Shown here: positions 10,498 to 24,310 of the stretch, piece by piece
How positions within the stretch are numbered: the stretch's first letter is position 1
Layout: each line of letters begins with the position of its first letter
Assembly: GCF_001186125.1 (NCBI RefSeq)
Contig: NW_014040522.1
Span: forward strand, 158,315-197,204
Length of the DNA: 38,890 nucleotides
Source: Sphaeroforma arctica JP610
Lineage: Eukaryota
Direction: 5' to 3'
Made by a program: the position numbers and the translations under genes
Notes under the pieces: generated by a model
What the model was told of the DNA's origin: nothing
Seen by the model: only the letters and a program-made list of their open reading frames with translations
The model's database searches: none

Positions 10498-12234
10498 TCA
10501 CTTAACTTCAACTTTTGGTTTCACCTTGCATGTATGCTTGTGGTAACCTCCAGTCCCGGTACAGTCGGCACACTTCTCGATAAAGTGCTTACACTTTTCT
10601 GCGTGCCTTCCATTCCATCTGCCTTTCGGCTCATGTTGGGTCATTCGCCAATTGCAATCAGTCTCACTACAGTTCTTGACCTCCCTATGCCTGGGCTTAG
10701 GGTTGCCTGCCGGCGGGTGGCTTTCAGAACTATTTGTATTTTTGTTCTTTTTGCCACCCTTATCACCCCTTTTGCTTACCTTCTGACCTCCATTAATGGA
10801 CTGAGAGTCTCGATCATTGCCTGATCCCCCGGTAAGATTGCCGCCGACCTTCCCCTGATCATTAGTGACTTTCACCACGGAACTAGGGCGTTTGGTAAAC
10901 GTCTGATCCTCTCTCGAGTAAAATTCAGCCCAGGTTAAGTCCGCTAGCTTCATTATGCCGTAGGTAGGTCCTTCAATGGAGATCTCTCGTACCTTGTCCG
11001 GGTAAGATTGATGCACATCAGCGTACAGAATCTCTTGATCTCTCCTATGTAGGTTTGACCAAAAGATTGTCTGCACCCATAGTACACACACGGATAGTTT
11101 GTCAGGTGACATCTCCTGTGTCTGTGCCCGTGACATGTGTGTGTCCAACTCCAATAAGTAGTGGGACACCGGCGTTCCTTCTTCCGGTGGTATCATGATC
11201 GATACAAGCAATTCCGGTCGAGGGTCCGTTGAAAATAAGTGGACGATCATCTCACTCTGCTCTTTCCACGTTTTCAGCTTAGTGATCGCTTGTTTAGCTT
11301 TCTCTAACTTGTTATACGTGTAAGAGGACGGCTTAAAGCTCTGCTGCGCTGTTTCGAACCATATGTTCTTCCGTAGATTGGCTGTAAGCATAATTTGTCC
11401 AAACTCTTTCAAAGACCTAGATAATAACGCCAGACTGCTAGTATCGGTTGGATCCTTTCGGTCCTTTCGATCAGACCTGTATGTCGTTGGTAGTTTACCT
11501 ATGTCCTTACAAACTTCTTGCCTTCTACAGCCTTCTCGGTCTGAATCACTCTTAGTCTGGAGGTGCGTAGCCATTGTCATATAAAGACTAACGGCATCAA
11601 TCCTACCTAGATACATCGCCTCGAGTGAAGCTGCCTCAGCCTTGTTCATTTGAACAGTGAATTCAGCAATTTTCAGATCACTACTGGTGTGATCTGATCC
11701 ATTCTTTTCTAACTGCATCTGGCCATGCAGTCAGTTGTCTGCCTCATCCTTTGATCCATCGACCTGTTCAATGTGAATCAACGCTTCTGATGGGACAGCA
11801 TCTTTTGTCGTCGTTGGGATTGTCGCTGGTGGCGAACTGTCTTCCGATGACGACAAAGATTTTCTAGCTTCCACCTGATCCGGTTTAGGCTCTTCGGTCG
11901 GTTTGTCCTTCGGAAATACCTCTGGGGCCCTCTGTGGATTTCCTTCCGGTGGTGGATTTGGATTAGGCTCCTGTTCAGATGCCATTCGCGACATTGCTGT
12001 TGTGTCCAATCCAGGAGAAGATTGAGCTTCGGATGATGAAGATTGGATTCTGTTTGCCCCTCCATTGTCTGGCAACATCTCAAACGCCAATATGGCTTGA
12101 TAGAGTGCCAAATGGTTTGATATCAAGTCGGGAATGTCTCCAAGAAGATCCCGAATTGGTACCAAATTAATTGTGCAAAACTTCCATCTCTCCTAGTTCC
12201 GAATACCTTCGGTAGTGTCTTTTGAAACTGACGG
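10498..12234 (-). pseudogene. gag: gag of element B (5'-truncated by gap)
   Basis: ORFs 10498-11718 and 11731-12165 directly upstream of the protease; C-terminal Cys/His cluster homologous to that of A. Confidence 0.8.
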
Positions 12235-12767
12235 NNNNNNNNNNNNNNNNNNNNNNNNNNNNNNNNNNNNNNNNNNNNNNNNNNNNNNNNNNNNNNNNNN
12301 NNNNNNNNNNNNNNNNNNNNNNNNNNNNNNNNNNNNNNNNNNNNNNNNNNNNNNNNNNNNNNNNNNNNNNNNNNNNNNNNNNNNNNNNNNNNNNNNNNNN
12401 NNNNNNNNNNNNNNNNNNNNNNNNNNNNNNNNNNNNNNNNNNNNNNNNNNNNNNNNNNNNNNNNNNNNNNNNNNNNNNNNNNNNNNNNNNNNNNNNNNNN
12501 NNNNNNNNNNNNNNNNNNNNNNNNNNNNNNNNNNNNNNNNNNNNNNNNNNNNNNNNNNNNNNNNNNNNNNNNNNNNNNNNNNNNNNNNNNNNNNNNNNNN
12601 NNNNNNNNNNNNNNNNNNNNNNNNNNNNNNNNNNNNNNNNNNNNNNNNNNNNNNNNNNNNNNNNNNNNNNNNNNNNNNNNNNNNNNNNNNNNNNNNNNNN
12701 NNNNNNNNNNNNNNNNNNNNNNNNNNNNNNNNNNNNNNNNNNNNNNNNNNNNNNNNNNNNNNNNNNN
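12235..12767. other. Assembly gap (N run)
   Basis: 533 consecutive N. Confidence 1.
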
Positions 12768-12883
12768 ATACCCTGGCCATCCCAAGCGGTTGAACACTAG
12801 GACAAACACCTTAGGTATAAATCCAAAGGTGAGTCAGAAATAAAGAATACATTTGAACTTTATTTGATGTCTACTACATAACA
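12768..12883 (-). repeat. Fragment of LTR family 2, cut by the gap
   Basis: Reverse complement starts TGTTATGTAGTAGAC...AAATAAAG and contains CTAGTGTTCAACCGCTTGGGATGGCCAGGG, matching 14953, 20118 and 21160. Confidence 0.8.
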
Positions 12884-14336
12884 GTATTTGTTATCTCTGC
12901 ACGGTCAATATTCCTTTCAAGCACAGGCTCATGTACAGGTTCTTTGGAACTGGACGTAGGAGTAAGGGGCTCAACCTTCGGTTCATCCTCGGTCAGACTT
13001 CTTCAACTTCCGCTTCTTTCACTATTTCAACGTTATACATCTGGTTTCCGTGAAATAACATGGGTCTTTGTAGTCATCGGCCTTTTTGCCTCACTTTCCA
13101 CGAGTCCACTCGGCTAGATCTACAGTTTCTGTCGGCAGAGATATGTTCACATAGGCGCGTGATTTTTCATTCGATCCATATATACAGCTTCTAAATTCTC
13201 CGTAACGAGTTTATGTATTAAAGCTGCTAACTGAGACTTAAGTTTAGCGTACTCATCCGTCGACTTACTTATCTCAGTCAATGAGGCAGATTTGGACGTT
13301 GTGCTGAGTGGGCCCCAAAGACTGGTCTCTTGGTTATTTTACTTTGGCAGCTCAGGCTCGACTATGGACTCTTTTTGCTGGCCAAGACCGGAGTCTTCTC
13401 TATCCGACTTTTCTCTTCAGACATAGTAGGGGTTGATTTAAAACCCCGGGTCTCGAATGTCAGCTTTACTTCCTAGATTTAAGTTTCTTCGAGGAAGAAG
13501 AATCCATGGTATACTTCGATACTGAACCTTAAGTATTGAAGACCTTCATTCTCTTAAGGAATAAATGTACAGGAAATTAATATTATATGGTAGTTGACAC
13601 CACAACGTTTAAGCAGCAGCAGTTGTGGTTGTTACTTTCGCTAATTTTAAAATATGTAAACGACGGTTTAACGAGACTATATTGACGGTTAAAGCGTAAA
13701 CGTAGGACTATTGTTTTTAACAGTTCTATTGAAATATGCACGAAGTAGGCGAACTATAAAGTTAGGGTGCCTCGTGGATCAGCAATACTCTGGGGGGATT
13801 TGAAGACTGTGACATTGCTTATATACAATCCTCCTAGTACTGAATTCGCCGAAGGCATTTTTATTTATGTTTCCATCGTCGTCTTGGCAAACTTATTATT
13901 ATTGGTTTCGTCGCGTGCAGATGGTAGCTAAGCGAAATCCTATCTTTAGAGAATAAAAGAAGGGAAAATGAAAAGTATACTCTTGACCTCCCTAGTAGTT
14001 GTATTAACCAACGACTAGCCACGGATCAAGAATCACCGGCTTGTCTACATCAGAATGGTGAACTGATTGGCTGCTCGGAGGAAAAACTAGGCAACGTTAA
14101 TAGTCCCTAGATACCTATTATCAGTTGTGTTGAGCTATCTCGCAACTGAAGTATTCAGATATATATCATTGGGAAAATAAATGGGACTTTTAATTTGCCT
14201 ACTCCAAATATCTAATTTGTAAAATAGAAGATATTTATAGATAAAACCATTAAACCCTATTTGATGAACTCATTGTACCTACTTGTTAAGAGTGCTTTAT
14301 ACAATTGGCATCTAATGTGGAGGCCTGACTATTACA
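12884..14336 (-). mobile_element. 5' part of Gypsy element C (family-1 LTR 13655-14336 plus decayed gag 5' end)
   Basis: TGTAA...TTACA termini, homologous to LTR 4278-5151. ~13270-13160 reads EYAKLKSQLAALIHKLVTENLEAVY, similar to A gag ENADLKNQLATIMKDLTVEHVDQLY. Confidence 0.8.
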
Positions 14337-14819
14337 CTTTACGAAAGAAAGTTACCCTCCATCCCCAGGTTGGTGTGGCAGGCCCTAGGCCAAAAGGTTG
14401 ATCTTAAAAAAGAGAAATCCTAATTACCTCAGTTCTTATACTGTAAGTATCCCGTAAAGTATTTGAATCTTGCATATACATTTGGCTTGAGTCAAACAAC
14501 TTTATGAGTTGATCATAATCTTCAGGTTCACATTTTTAAGAAGATATGAAAACCCCCAAAACCTTAGCACGTGCTTCCTTAATAGCATTCTTCATACTCA
14601 TATGAAAGCAACCTGTTACAACCTTTCCTCTTCTCTCATACAAAGTTGCCGTAAACACTTCCGGTGGAATTTGCGTAGTCTTGCGACTTATCCCTCTGTG
14701 GTACTGTTTCTTTATACTCGGGGTTCAGATATAGTTTTATCTATCTCTATAAGAAGAATGGTAGATTCATCTACTGTACTTGGAATTTCTTTGAAGGTTT
14801 CCAAGTAGAAGTTCTCTAG

Positions 14820-15690
14820 GGCCTATATGACATATCATCGTCTGAAGACGTCTTCTTGACTGCCTGGGTACCCATATACCGGAAGGTGCTAACACCTCTT
14901 TTCAAATACATTGGTTCATCCTGTGTCATATTCATTCGTTCATTGAACCAGGTGTTGGAGTGCAATGTAGTAGACTTTAAATAAAGTGCAACTGTATCTA
15001 AAGTACGTTGCATTCGAATGAATTTTTTTATGATCTCACCCTCAGTTATATACTGATGGTGTTTGTACTAGTGTTCAACCACTTGGGTTGGCCAGGGCAA
15101 AAACTCATATGATCAGTAGAAGAAACCTTATGCAGAACACTTTAGCACTCGGATATATTTTCTAGAAATAAATATATAATATTCTCTGTTACTACACTCA
15201 GTCTCGGACCTCGGCTCTCGGCTAGCCGGTGGCCCGTATCCTATAAATAGAATAATCTGAGAAGAAGTCTCAAATTACTCTTACGTTCTCTCGGGCTGAC
15301 CCACCTATACTTATATTAATTTGAGAACAAGTATCATATTACTCTCGGGCTGACGACGTAAAACGTTATTAACATATATAGAAATACGTCTACTACTGTA
15401 GTCTCTCACCAGGGATCTGTTTCCCGTATCAACACAGAGTGATCCTAGCGTTCACTATGTTAACCAATGCGATTTCCTTAATAATTTCCAAGACGGATTT
15501 TCCCATGCGTTTTGTTTCCTACGATTAATCTCAAATGCATCTCTTTATATTGATTTGAGGACCTAAGGCCCGGACGTTGTGCATTATGTGACGCAGTGAA
15601 CAGATCTATATTATGTTTGCCCCATCTTTTCTCAGCTAACTAAAAGAATCATGGAAACAATTTTCAATCGGTTGCTCAACTCATGTACTA
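14820..15690 (-). pseudogene. Decayed MTase domain of element D, split by a family-2 solo LTR
   Basis: KHNIDLFTASHNAQRP...DAFEI...NAWENPSWKLL...ARITLC...DPWFNE...EPMYLKRGVSTFRYMGTQAVKKT; collinear with the B domain. NPSW at 15488-15499. Confidence 0.82.
14953..15408 (+). mobile_element. Solo LTR (family 2), 456 bp, 5-bp TSD CCAGG
   Basis: TGTT...TCA; CCAGG at 14948-14952 and 15409-15413; homologous to 21160-21567. Strand is arbitrary, chosen relative to the other family-2 copies. Confidence 0.92.
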
Positions 15691-18600
15691 CCTTTTTTGA
15701 TAGACTGGTAGCTGACGTACTAGCATATCCGGCAAGTGATTGTGCACAATTGGTATATGTCCTTTTGTAAAAGAGAACTGACGAATTGATCATGCCATCT
15801 ACTTACAAGCTGGTTGTATGGATTCATATCATTAATATAATCTAAGACTTTTGGTCAATTACCATTTCAAAGTGTGTACCATATAGTTAGTCTTAAAACA
15901 GCTCAAGGCTGATAATGTTCCTGATAATTCCTACTTTATAGTAGGATAATTACGATGTGGGGCATCTAAGCTCTTACTAACGAATTGCACATATCTAGGC
16001 TTCTCAACAACCTGATATAGTACTCCGCCTACAGCGTTATATGATGCGTCAGTAGCTACCTGAAAAAGTATCCCGTCTATCGGACGACGAATTATTGGAG
16101 CAGTCGTGTATGACAGTCTATACTTTACGTAAAACTTCTTCCCATTCAGATATCCATAGTTATCCTAGCTTACCTTTATGTAAACGTAAGTGACCAATGG
16201 GCTTTAATAAGCCCGATAACTGCGAAACTTCATCTGTAAAGAAATTTGTAAATCTGCAGAAGCTGTTAATATTCTTCCAGTTTGTAGGGATTCTCCAGTC
16301 TTGGAGATGTTAAACTTTACTTAGATCTCATCACTACACCTTCAACTGAAATATGGTTTCCAAGCAATTGTAACTTTTTGACTCCCCACTCATACTTCTG
16401 CCCATTTATTTTGGAAGTTATGAACATTCTAACGCGCAAGCACTTGTTTTGAGATATGCTTCTGCTTCCTTTGTTGCCGTGAAGACAATAATAATATCAT
16501 ACAAGTCACCTCTTCTTGAGGCATAACTTCGAACATATTCTCCATGATCTGATGAAAGCATATGAAGCACAAATGGTGGTCCTCTGAACATATATTGACT
16601 TTCTTTCTTTACAAATGAAAAGCGGCAACGATGTTCCTACACGAGTTTAAGCCGATTATAACTTTAGGTAACATCTGTTCTTGAAAAAACGCCCTTTCAA
16701 GGGATCTCAGTATCTCAGTTATACGAGGTAAGTAGAAGTAAATGTAGGCATTGTCTTATTAAAGGTACACATATCTAAACAAACTCTGTGCTTTTGGAAA
16801 GTTCCATCCGAGTTGAACTTATCTACAGCTAACAAAGCCAACTTATAGATGTAGGTCATCTTATCTTCAAACAATTGTTTTATCTGTCTTGAAGCAGTCT
16901 ACGTGAGACATAGTTGCGTTAGGGAATCTTTAGTTTAGTGAATTCAACTCAGGTCAAGTCTTAACTTACGTAACCTTAGTTAAACAATCCAATAGGTTAT
17001 ATCCTTATCGCCCGATTGATAACAATCAAGTCAGTGATTTTTTGACAAAATGAGGAATCAATTCCTTCATGTTATTATTTGGTGACGACGGTGGCTTCAA
17101 AATTTTATCGTCGGATTGATCCTTCATAGGTTTGACTCCGTTTGGTAATCCCGTAATATTATCCCAAAAGATAGCAAGTCTCCCAAGCCAGTTACAGTGT
17201 AGTCACATTGAATACAACCAAATCGATTTGTCCCATTATATGATCAAATAACATGGTATTTATATCACTGACTTTCTACTGAAAAAAATTAAGTTCATTC
17301 TCATTAGGCATGACAATATGCGTATCTCCTAAATATATTTTACGTCTCGCATAAGTGTTACACGTTGAGACGAGCGAGAAATTGAGCTACTGGGTCTAAT
17401 AATGCATCAATCTTCATTCCGTTTAAATATACAGGTGATACAATACGTTTATCGTCTTCAGACGTACACGGCTATCTGTCGTCACGTGATACCAATGTTT
17501 ATTGTCGTCTTTACCTTAGCGTTTATAGGTATCAGTTGGATATTGTTGCAAGATGAAGAGTGCTTTCGGTGTGTTGTCTTGGAACTAGTGCACTGTAAAA
17601 GGCACTTGCAAGAATCTGCATGTTTCCCAAAGGAGTTCGGTGTGAACTGGTTTTGATAAACCATAAATTCATACTCTGAATTTAAAACTTTTATGCAGTG
17701 GCTGTTGTTGCTGCTAGTCTTTACGTCCAGCTGGCTTCGAGTAACTTGTTGACAAGTTATATTTCCATGATCTTTATAATGGCCATTGACTCCTTTATTT
17801 GGTTTATTGTTAACATCGGACCTGGTAGAAGTACTAGTACAGGTAGACTGCATAAGTCGATTTTGTGACGATTCTTCAACTGTAAAAGCTTGCACGAATA
17901 TTTCTCACTCAGAATCTGCTACGTTTGAAGGCAGCTTTTCAGTCATAGCGTTGATCCATTAAAGCCTTTCCTGTCTTGAGTTTTTATTCATAAGATTGGA
18001 TTATATATGCATGATTTTTACTTCTAATACTCGTCGATACCAAACGGCCTATGGCTGTATAGAGAGCTTTGATAGTCTATCATCGTAATAAAAAACGGTG
18101 CTTATGGGAACGTTTAAGTTCCCACCATCAATCATGTTTAATAGAAGCGACATATTCTTCTCACAACAAACCAATTCTTAACCTATGTTAAAGAATTTAA
18201 TTGCGTTTCTGACTTCCAAAAGCCTATGTGTAGCTCCAAGGATACTATTTCTTTGTCGCTTCCTGTTTCTAGAGCATGTGTTAACGCATGATAATATTCA
18301 TAAATAGGCCATTCTTCTCTAATAAAAGTTATCGTCTTAGACGTTGTGAAAATGTTATAGATATTAATCCGATCCAATACTCTTATACGAAGTTTTCAGC
18401 ATAGATAAAGCTCGTTCTCTGTCTTCCACAGTTCGTGTCCAGCCACGATAGCTTGAGTGATCGGTGTGTTGCATTGTCATTTCTGAAATGTAACGCATAT
18501 ACAAATGAACACGCTTATTCAGCATGTTAAAATGTATAAGCATTTCGAAGACATCTCTTGCAAGTGAATAATTTATCAAACAAGCAGACTTATACACTGA

Positions 18601-18810
18601 CGAATCAGGGAAACGATTTCGTTCATTAGGTATATCCTTAAGGAGTTCCACTACTAGCTTTTAGTTGGATTAGACTTCTATTTCAAGTGTGTGATATCTT
18701 CCTCCTTCGTGCTCATATAATTATTGGTAGAATGTGGGAATTTCTTTTGGTGTCACCTATGACTTGCGAGCGAGGCCAATATCGGGAGTGGGGTACTGCC
18801 ATTGTGGTAA

Positions 18811-19031
18811 AGTCGAAGGTAACTGTATCTAAGCGTACTTCCCTCTTACAAGGGGTGACGTCGATCCTTTATAAATAATTATATAAATAACTAATGAACC
18901 AAAACTTGCATGTGCTTTTTCTATCATAACAAATGATCGGTTAAACCAAGTATTTTTAAGAATAATAACTAATAACAAATATTAATCAAATAAATTCTGT
19001 TTAGGGTACTCCGACCACTACCTCCCAAACT
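18811..19031. repeat. ~220-bp dispersed repeat, copy 1 (leader upstream of gag D)
   Basis: AGTCGAAGGTAACTGTATCTAA...AATGAACCAAAACTT.CATGTGCTTTT...CATAACAAATGATCG recurs at 24074-24310. Confidence 0.8.
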
Positions 19032-19158
19032 GAAGAACTCCTCGTGTGTCAGTTTTAGAGATAAGGAAAAGAATACCCGAACCCGGGCCGGGGACACTGG
19101 CATTTATCCTCGAGCTAGAGGACCCGAAGAAAACGTCTCGAGCGTACCGTCATTCTTG

Positions 19159-19487
<329 letters not shown>

Positions 19488-19493
19488 CTAACC

Positions 19494-20118
19494 TGAGGAG
19501 TTCGACCCGTTCTGGTTTACCTTTGAATTCGGAAGGAGTCGACCCATCTTTGTTTGCTAACTTATGCCCTTGGCCGACCTTAGTCTTCACAGCATACGGA
19601 CCGAACAAAGGTCGTATTACCTTCGATGTCCTATGAGAGACTACAGGTCTCAGGCCAGAATTTACAGCAAGAAGTCCTCTTTGATTTAGGGAAGTCAACA
19701 AAGTTAGCTCACTCCCGAGAGCTAATCAAGTTGCTTGAATTACTCTCAAGAGTTGAGTTAATTCTCAACCGACATCCGAGAGCAGATTAAGTTTCGCAAC
19801 CGATTCTCGAGAGTGGATTAAGTCTGTCAACCGCAACATTTTAAAAATAACTGCGGTTATATGTGAGTCACAACCTAAGCGGAAAGGCATCATGTGATCA
19901 GCGTGAGATTTAGTTGCAGAGAAGTTGAAATGGAATAGCATCGAAGTGTTCAAGTGTTCTGCATAAGGTTTTTTATAGTGACCATATGAGTTTTATCCTG
20001 GCCAGCCCTAGCGGCTGAACACTAGCACAAACACGTTAGGTATAAAACCAAAGGTGTGGTCAGAAAGAAATACATACATTTGCACTTTATTTAAAGTCTA
20101 CTAGATTGCACTGTAACA
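19494..20118 (-). repeat. LTR related to family 2 (shared first ~130 bp, divergent interior)
   Basis: Minus strand starts TGTTACAGTGCAATCTAGTAGACTTTAAATAAAGTGCAA, as at 14953. Putative end CTCCTCA at 19494; no TSD confirmed. Confidence 0.6.
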
Positions 20119-21159
20119 TTCTGCCCTCAGACTTCACCATCACTACATCTTTTTTATCGAAATGCACCAAGTCGTGGGCATGGAGGCAATCGAGCGTTGC
20201 TGTCAGTTTGTTCGTTTATTTCAACGTTATCTTGCGCAGCATGGGAAGGATAGTGTCCTGTAATTGTTCCAAGCGTTGTACCCACGTATCGTTGGTGGCT
20301 GTTTGGGCTTCTGGTAATGCGACAGTCAGAAAAATCGGCGAACGGGAACTACCGACGACCGAAATACACACTGAATGGGGCGCTCTTGTGTCTACGCGAG
20401 ATGTGGAGGTTCTGATATTTTTAGTTCATCCTCGCAGCACATACGTATTGATCATGTGATGTCTTTGTGACGACGTCCCGCCGCTCCCAGCACTTGTGGG
20501 CGATATGTTGGTGACACTTTGTATAGCATCCCTACCCCCTTTACCAGTAGTTCTACGACTTGTTCGTTAATTCCGATCCCATGTGCGTTTGTATCATGCG
20601 TGCATATCCGTGTTCACTGAAGATCTCTATCAACGTCTGTACTGTTGTCTCCTTGGTCTTATCTGATGTGGTGCGGAGGATTGAAAAGCCTGTAGCCACA
20701 TCTAGTACGTGGAGGATGAATTCATTCTTCCTTCGGGATATGATCGGTTTAGGGAAGTAGGCAATTTGAATGTGATCCCATGGATACCATGCATCAATGC
20801 TGATCATGGGATGGAAGCCTTTGTGTAGCGTATCTTGACCTAAGCACACACCGCATTTGTCGGTTAACTTCCGTCGCTAGCTCCACACTCCAAGCCACAC
20901 ATACCCATTGTGTTGTAATTGTTGGACTGTGTCTGCTGCCCCGCGGTGTCCTTGTTCGTGTTGGGCATGCGTCATTTGTGTGCGTCGGAAGTTATTTGGT
21001 TGGTGTTGCTTGTGCGAACGCTAGTTGTCCTTCAGTGTTAGCCATGATAGTGCTCGCGATGTATCTATGCACCGGTGGTATAGTAAGTGTCGTGGCTCTT
21101 CATACCTGAGTCGTTGTGAGAAGTGTAGGTCAAACTCAAATCCACTAGGTGGATCTAAC

Positions 21160-21567
21160 TGTTAGCGTGTTGGGTGGGGGAATACAAGTAAGCTGAAGTG
21201 TGTCTAAAGAGTGGTGCGTTCGAATATAAATTTATTTTTATCTCAGCTTCAGTTATATACTGATAGTGTTTGTACTAGTGTTCAACCACTTGGGTTGGCC
21301 AGGGTAAAGCATGAAAAACCTAATGCAGAACACTTTAGTTCTCTGATATATTTCTAGAGATAAATATATCACTTTCACTGTTAAGCACTCTCAGTCTCGG
21401 GCCTCGGCTCTCGGCTAGCCGGTGGCCCGCCCATATATAGAATATTTTGAGAAGAAGTCCCAATTGGCTGATCCACCTATACATAGAGATGTCCCAAATT
21501 ACTCTCGGGCTTTTAGCGTAAAACGTCATCAAAGTATTTAGGATTACGCCTACTCCTGTCGTCCTCA
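21160..21567 (+). mobile_element. Solo LTR (family 2), 408 bp, 5-bp TSD CTAAC
   Basis: TGTT...TCA; CTAAC at 21155-21159 and 21568-21572; lies between RH and integrase of E. Confidence 0.9.
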
Positions 21568-24073
21568 CTAACCTTTTTACTACCGTGTGACCCCAAGGTG
21601 TTTACTTCCAGAAGGTATGCGGTAGTTGAGCATTGCATGGGACTGCAAATACGACTACATTATTCGATTCGAAGATCTTTTGGGCTTGCTCAAAGGAATA
21701 TATCTCGGGTACATCACTCTCTGCCGCGCCTTCGTGTACTCAACGTATCTGGGAGCACATTCGTCGCTCCCGATATCGTAAAGTTAAAAGATGCAGTCAT
21801 ATGGTGCCACCACTGCAACATCGGGCTGAGCTTGACCCGTGTATACATGTGCACCAGCGCCTTGTGGTCTGTGCAGACCGCGAAACGTTGTCCATCGAGG
21901 TGATCGCGGAAGTGAGCTAAACCATTCACTAACGCCAGTAAATCCTTCATAGGTGAAGCATAGTTCTGTTAGGCGTGGCTCAGAATCTTACTGGAGGACA
22001 TCAAGTAAACCGTCGATCCACTGAATTAGAGCGCCGCCTATGCCGTAGTCGCCTGTTTATGTCTCAAGGTTCAACGACACTCCTTCCACTGGGAAGTGTT
22101 ACGGTACTGCATTATAAAATTACATTTTTCGTCTCCTGCAATGCTTCTGCGTGTCGTTAGTTCCATCGACCGCCAATCAAATCACTTGGTTTGAGTTTAC
22201 AACACTTTCGTAATGGTGCTACTACGTGTGCAAATTTACGCTAGCGCTCATGTAGATAGTTCGCCATACCTAACGCCGACGCGATGTCTTAGTATCGTTG
22301 CTGTGTCGGCCAGTCGAGTTACTTCGCCGCCTACTCAAAGTCGATATCGTTACTCTGTGCTGACACCTTCTTACTCAAACTCAATATCATCACTTCTGCT
22401 ATCGCAAAGTGGCATTTATTTGGATTGAGTTTGAAGCTGTGATACGTGAGACGTCTGATACTTCCTTCACGGTTGTCATGTGTTTTTCGTAGTCGTCACT
22501 GGCAATCACTGTCATCTATATAGTGGTGCATCGGTAACCCGTCGAGTACGGTACTCATCGTGCGCTTGAATTATTGCGTCAACACGTGAAGACCAAAATA
22601 TGCCGATGTAAACGAGTATTTGTACCTCTCGTGTGTGAAGCTAAACAAATATCGCGAGTCCGGATGTATCGGTAGTCCATGATATGCGGCCGATATGTCC
22701 AACGTTGTATAATAGTTCTGGCTTTGTAGAAGAGAAATGAGTTCGTTGACTTTCAGAATTGAGAATTGGTCACCCGGAATGAATGCGTTTAGTGCTTCCA
22801 TGTCCAAACAGACCCTCCCCTTCTTCACCTCACCCACACTCACTATCAAACGTTGGCACCGCAAGCAACGGAAGGTTGACTGTCGTTGGTGTTGTACACT
22901 TTGCAATTACTAACTCCTTCAACCATTTATGTACTTGTTCGTCGACACAAGGTAGCCATCTATCAGGCACAAAGTTGCTTGTGGATCTACACATGCTCAT
23001 TGCTTGTTCACTCGTGACCGGGATTGATGCCTCGCTCTCTCGAGGCCACAGCGTGCGTTGTCGGCAATGGCTGCGTTCGCCTCTACTTTTCATGTTAACC
23101 GTTGTCGTACATCAGCCGGCTCCGTTGTGCTAGGTGCTTGACGTCGTGGTATCGGTTCAAGGAGGGCATCTAACTCTGTAGGATCTGTTGGCCTTTCATC
23201 ATGTCTTGGCCCAAGGTGATGTCTATAACGTCTGGTAAGTTCTTTATGATCTCTGTACTGTACTGTGCCGTATGGGTAGGACTTCCGTCGTCCCCAGTCA
23301 TTGAGTTCGTACCGCCTTGCCAGCGAAATAGATGAACAAACCAGATGGTGCTAGGGTTATGGGACGGCCTTATTGTTCTGTGGATGTCGTCGCGACGCAG
23401 TTTCGGTTTGCTCCCGTGTCTACTAATGCTCTGAACGTGCGCCCATTTAGTTGTATTTGTATGTAGATTCGGATGTCCGCTGCGAGAAATGGGACTTCAA
23501 TCACCATTACCTCACTGAACGTATTTACAAATATCAGAGCTACATCCGCGTCAGACACCCTCACCTCTCAGTGCTTCTCCGGTACAGGCGTCCATACGGA
23601 CTGGCCAGAGTCTGCTGTAGGTGTGTCGTCTTCGTAATCACCTGCGATATTGCGCTGACGCCGATGATTTTCTGGACCGTTACATTTCTAGTATTCGACA
23701 TCTATGAATAGTAGTTGTCTCGTCTGTCTCTCTTTGTATATTCTCGTTGTCATGTTTCTGACTCGTGCATTGTGGGGCTCTCTATGTATAGTTTGACTTC
23801 TACAATTATTGGCCCCTGTACTACTGTATGCATCGCTACTGCTGTCCGTATAAAGCGCAGGCATCGATTCACAGGTATCGCTGCTAGTATTGTCGCTGAT
23901 CGACTTACTTTCCCGGCCATATCGCGTGCTATTGACGCTACTCTCTCGATTGATCTTGACGGTCAATGTATTAACCTCTCCGGTATATGTTGAAGTAAGA
24001 TCTCTCTTTATCAATACTCTATTCTCAGATCATTAAAAAATGAGCAACGTACTATTAATTTTAAATGGGGTAT

Positions 24074-24310
24074 AGTCGAAGGTAACTGTATCTAAAAATA
24101 CTCCCCTCTCACAAGGGGAGACGTCGTTTCTTTATTAATAATTCTATTTGGAAATAATTAAATAATGAACCAAAACTTTCATGTGCTTTTCCATTCATAA
24201 CAAATGATCGCATAAACCAAGCTTACAGATTCTATAATAAAAAACTAAGTAAACTATTTTAATAGAATAAACCCTGTTTTGGGTATATCGACCACACCAT
24301 TCTCTAAACT
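24074..24310. repeat. ~235-bp dispersed repeat, copy 2 (upstream of element E coding region)
   Basis: Direct, diverged copy of 18811-19031. Confidence 0.8.

Larger units (their letters stand above)
5152..12234 (-). mobile_element. Ty3/Gypsy LTR retrotransposon B: gag-PR-RT-RH-MTase-integrase-chromodomain-like, PPT, partial 3' LTR; 5' end lost in the assembly gap
   Basis: All domains are collinear on the minus strand with integrase last (Gypsy order). Polypurine tract at 5400-5410 precedes a TGTAA LTR start at 5396. Confidence 0.93.
14337..19031 (-). mobile_element. Heavily decayed Gypsy element D (gag-PR-RT-RH-MTase), related to A and B
   Basis: Remnants: gag Cys/His (17482-17895), IDALLDP (~17390-17410), RVCLD (~16775), VATDASYNAVGGVLYQV (~16010-16060), HNHLPDML (~15720-15745), MTase motifs. 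Confidence 0.85.

Noticed and set aside
12123..12809. ORFs spanning the N run
   Set aside because: Artefacts of the assembly gap.
12235..14336. LTR 13655-14336 as the 5' LTR of element B
   Set aside because: It does not match the 3' LTR start of B at 5396, and the gag stretches on the two sides of the gap appear to overlap in homology, so they are separate elements.
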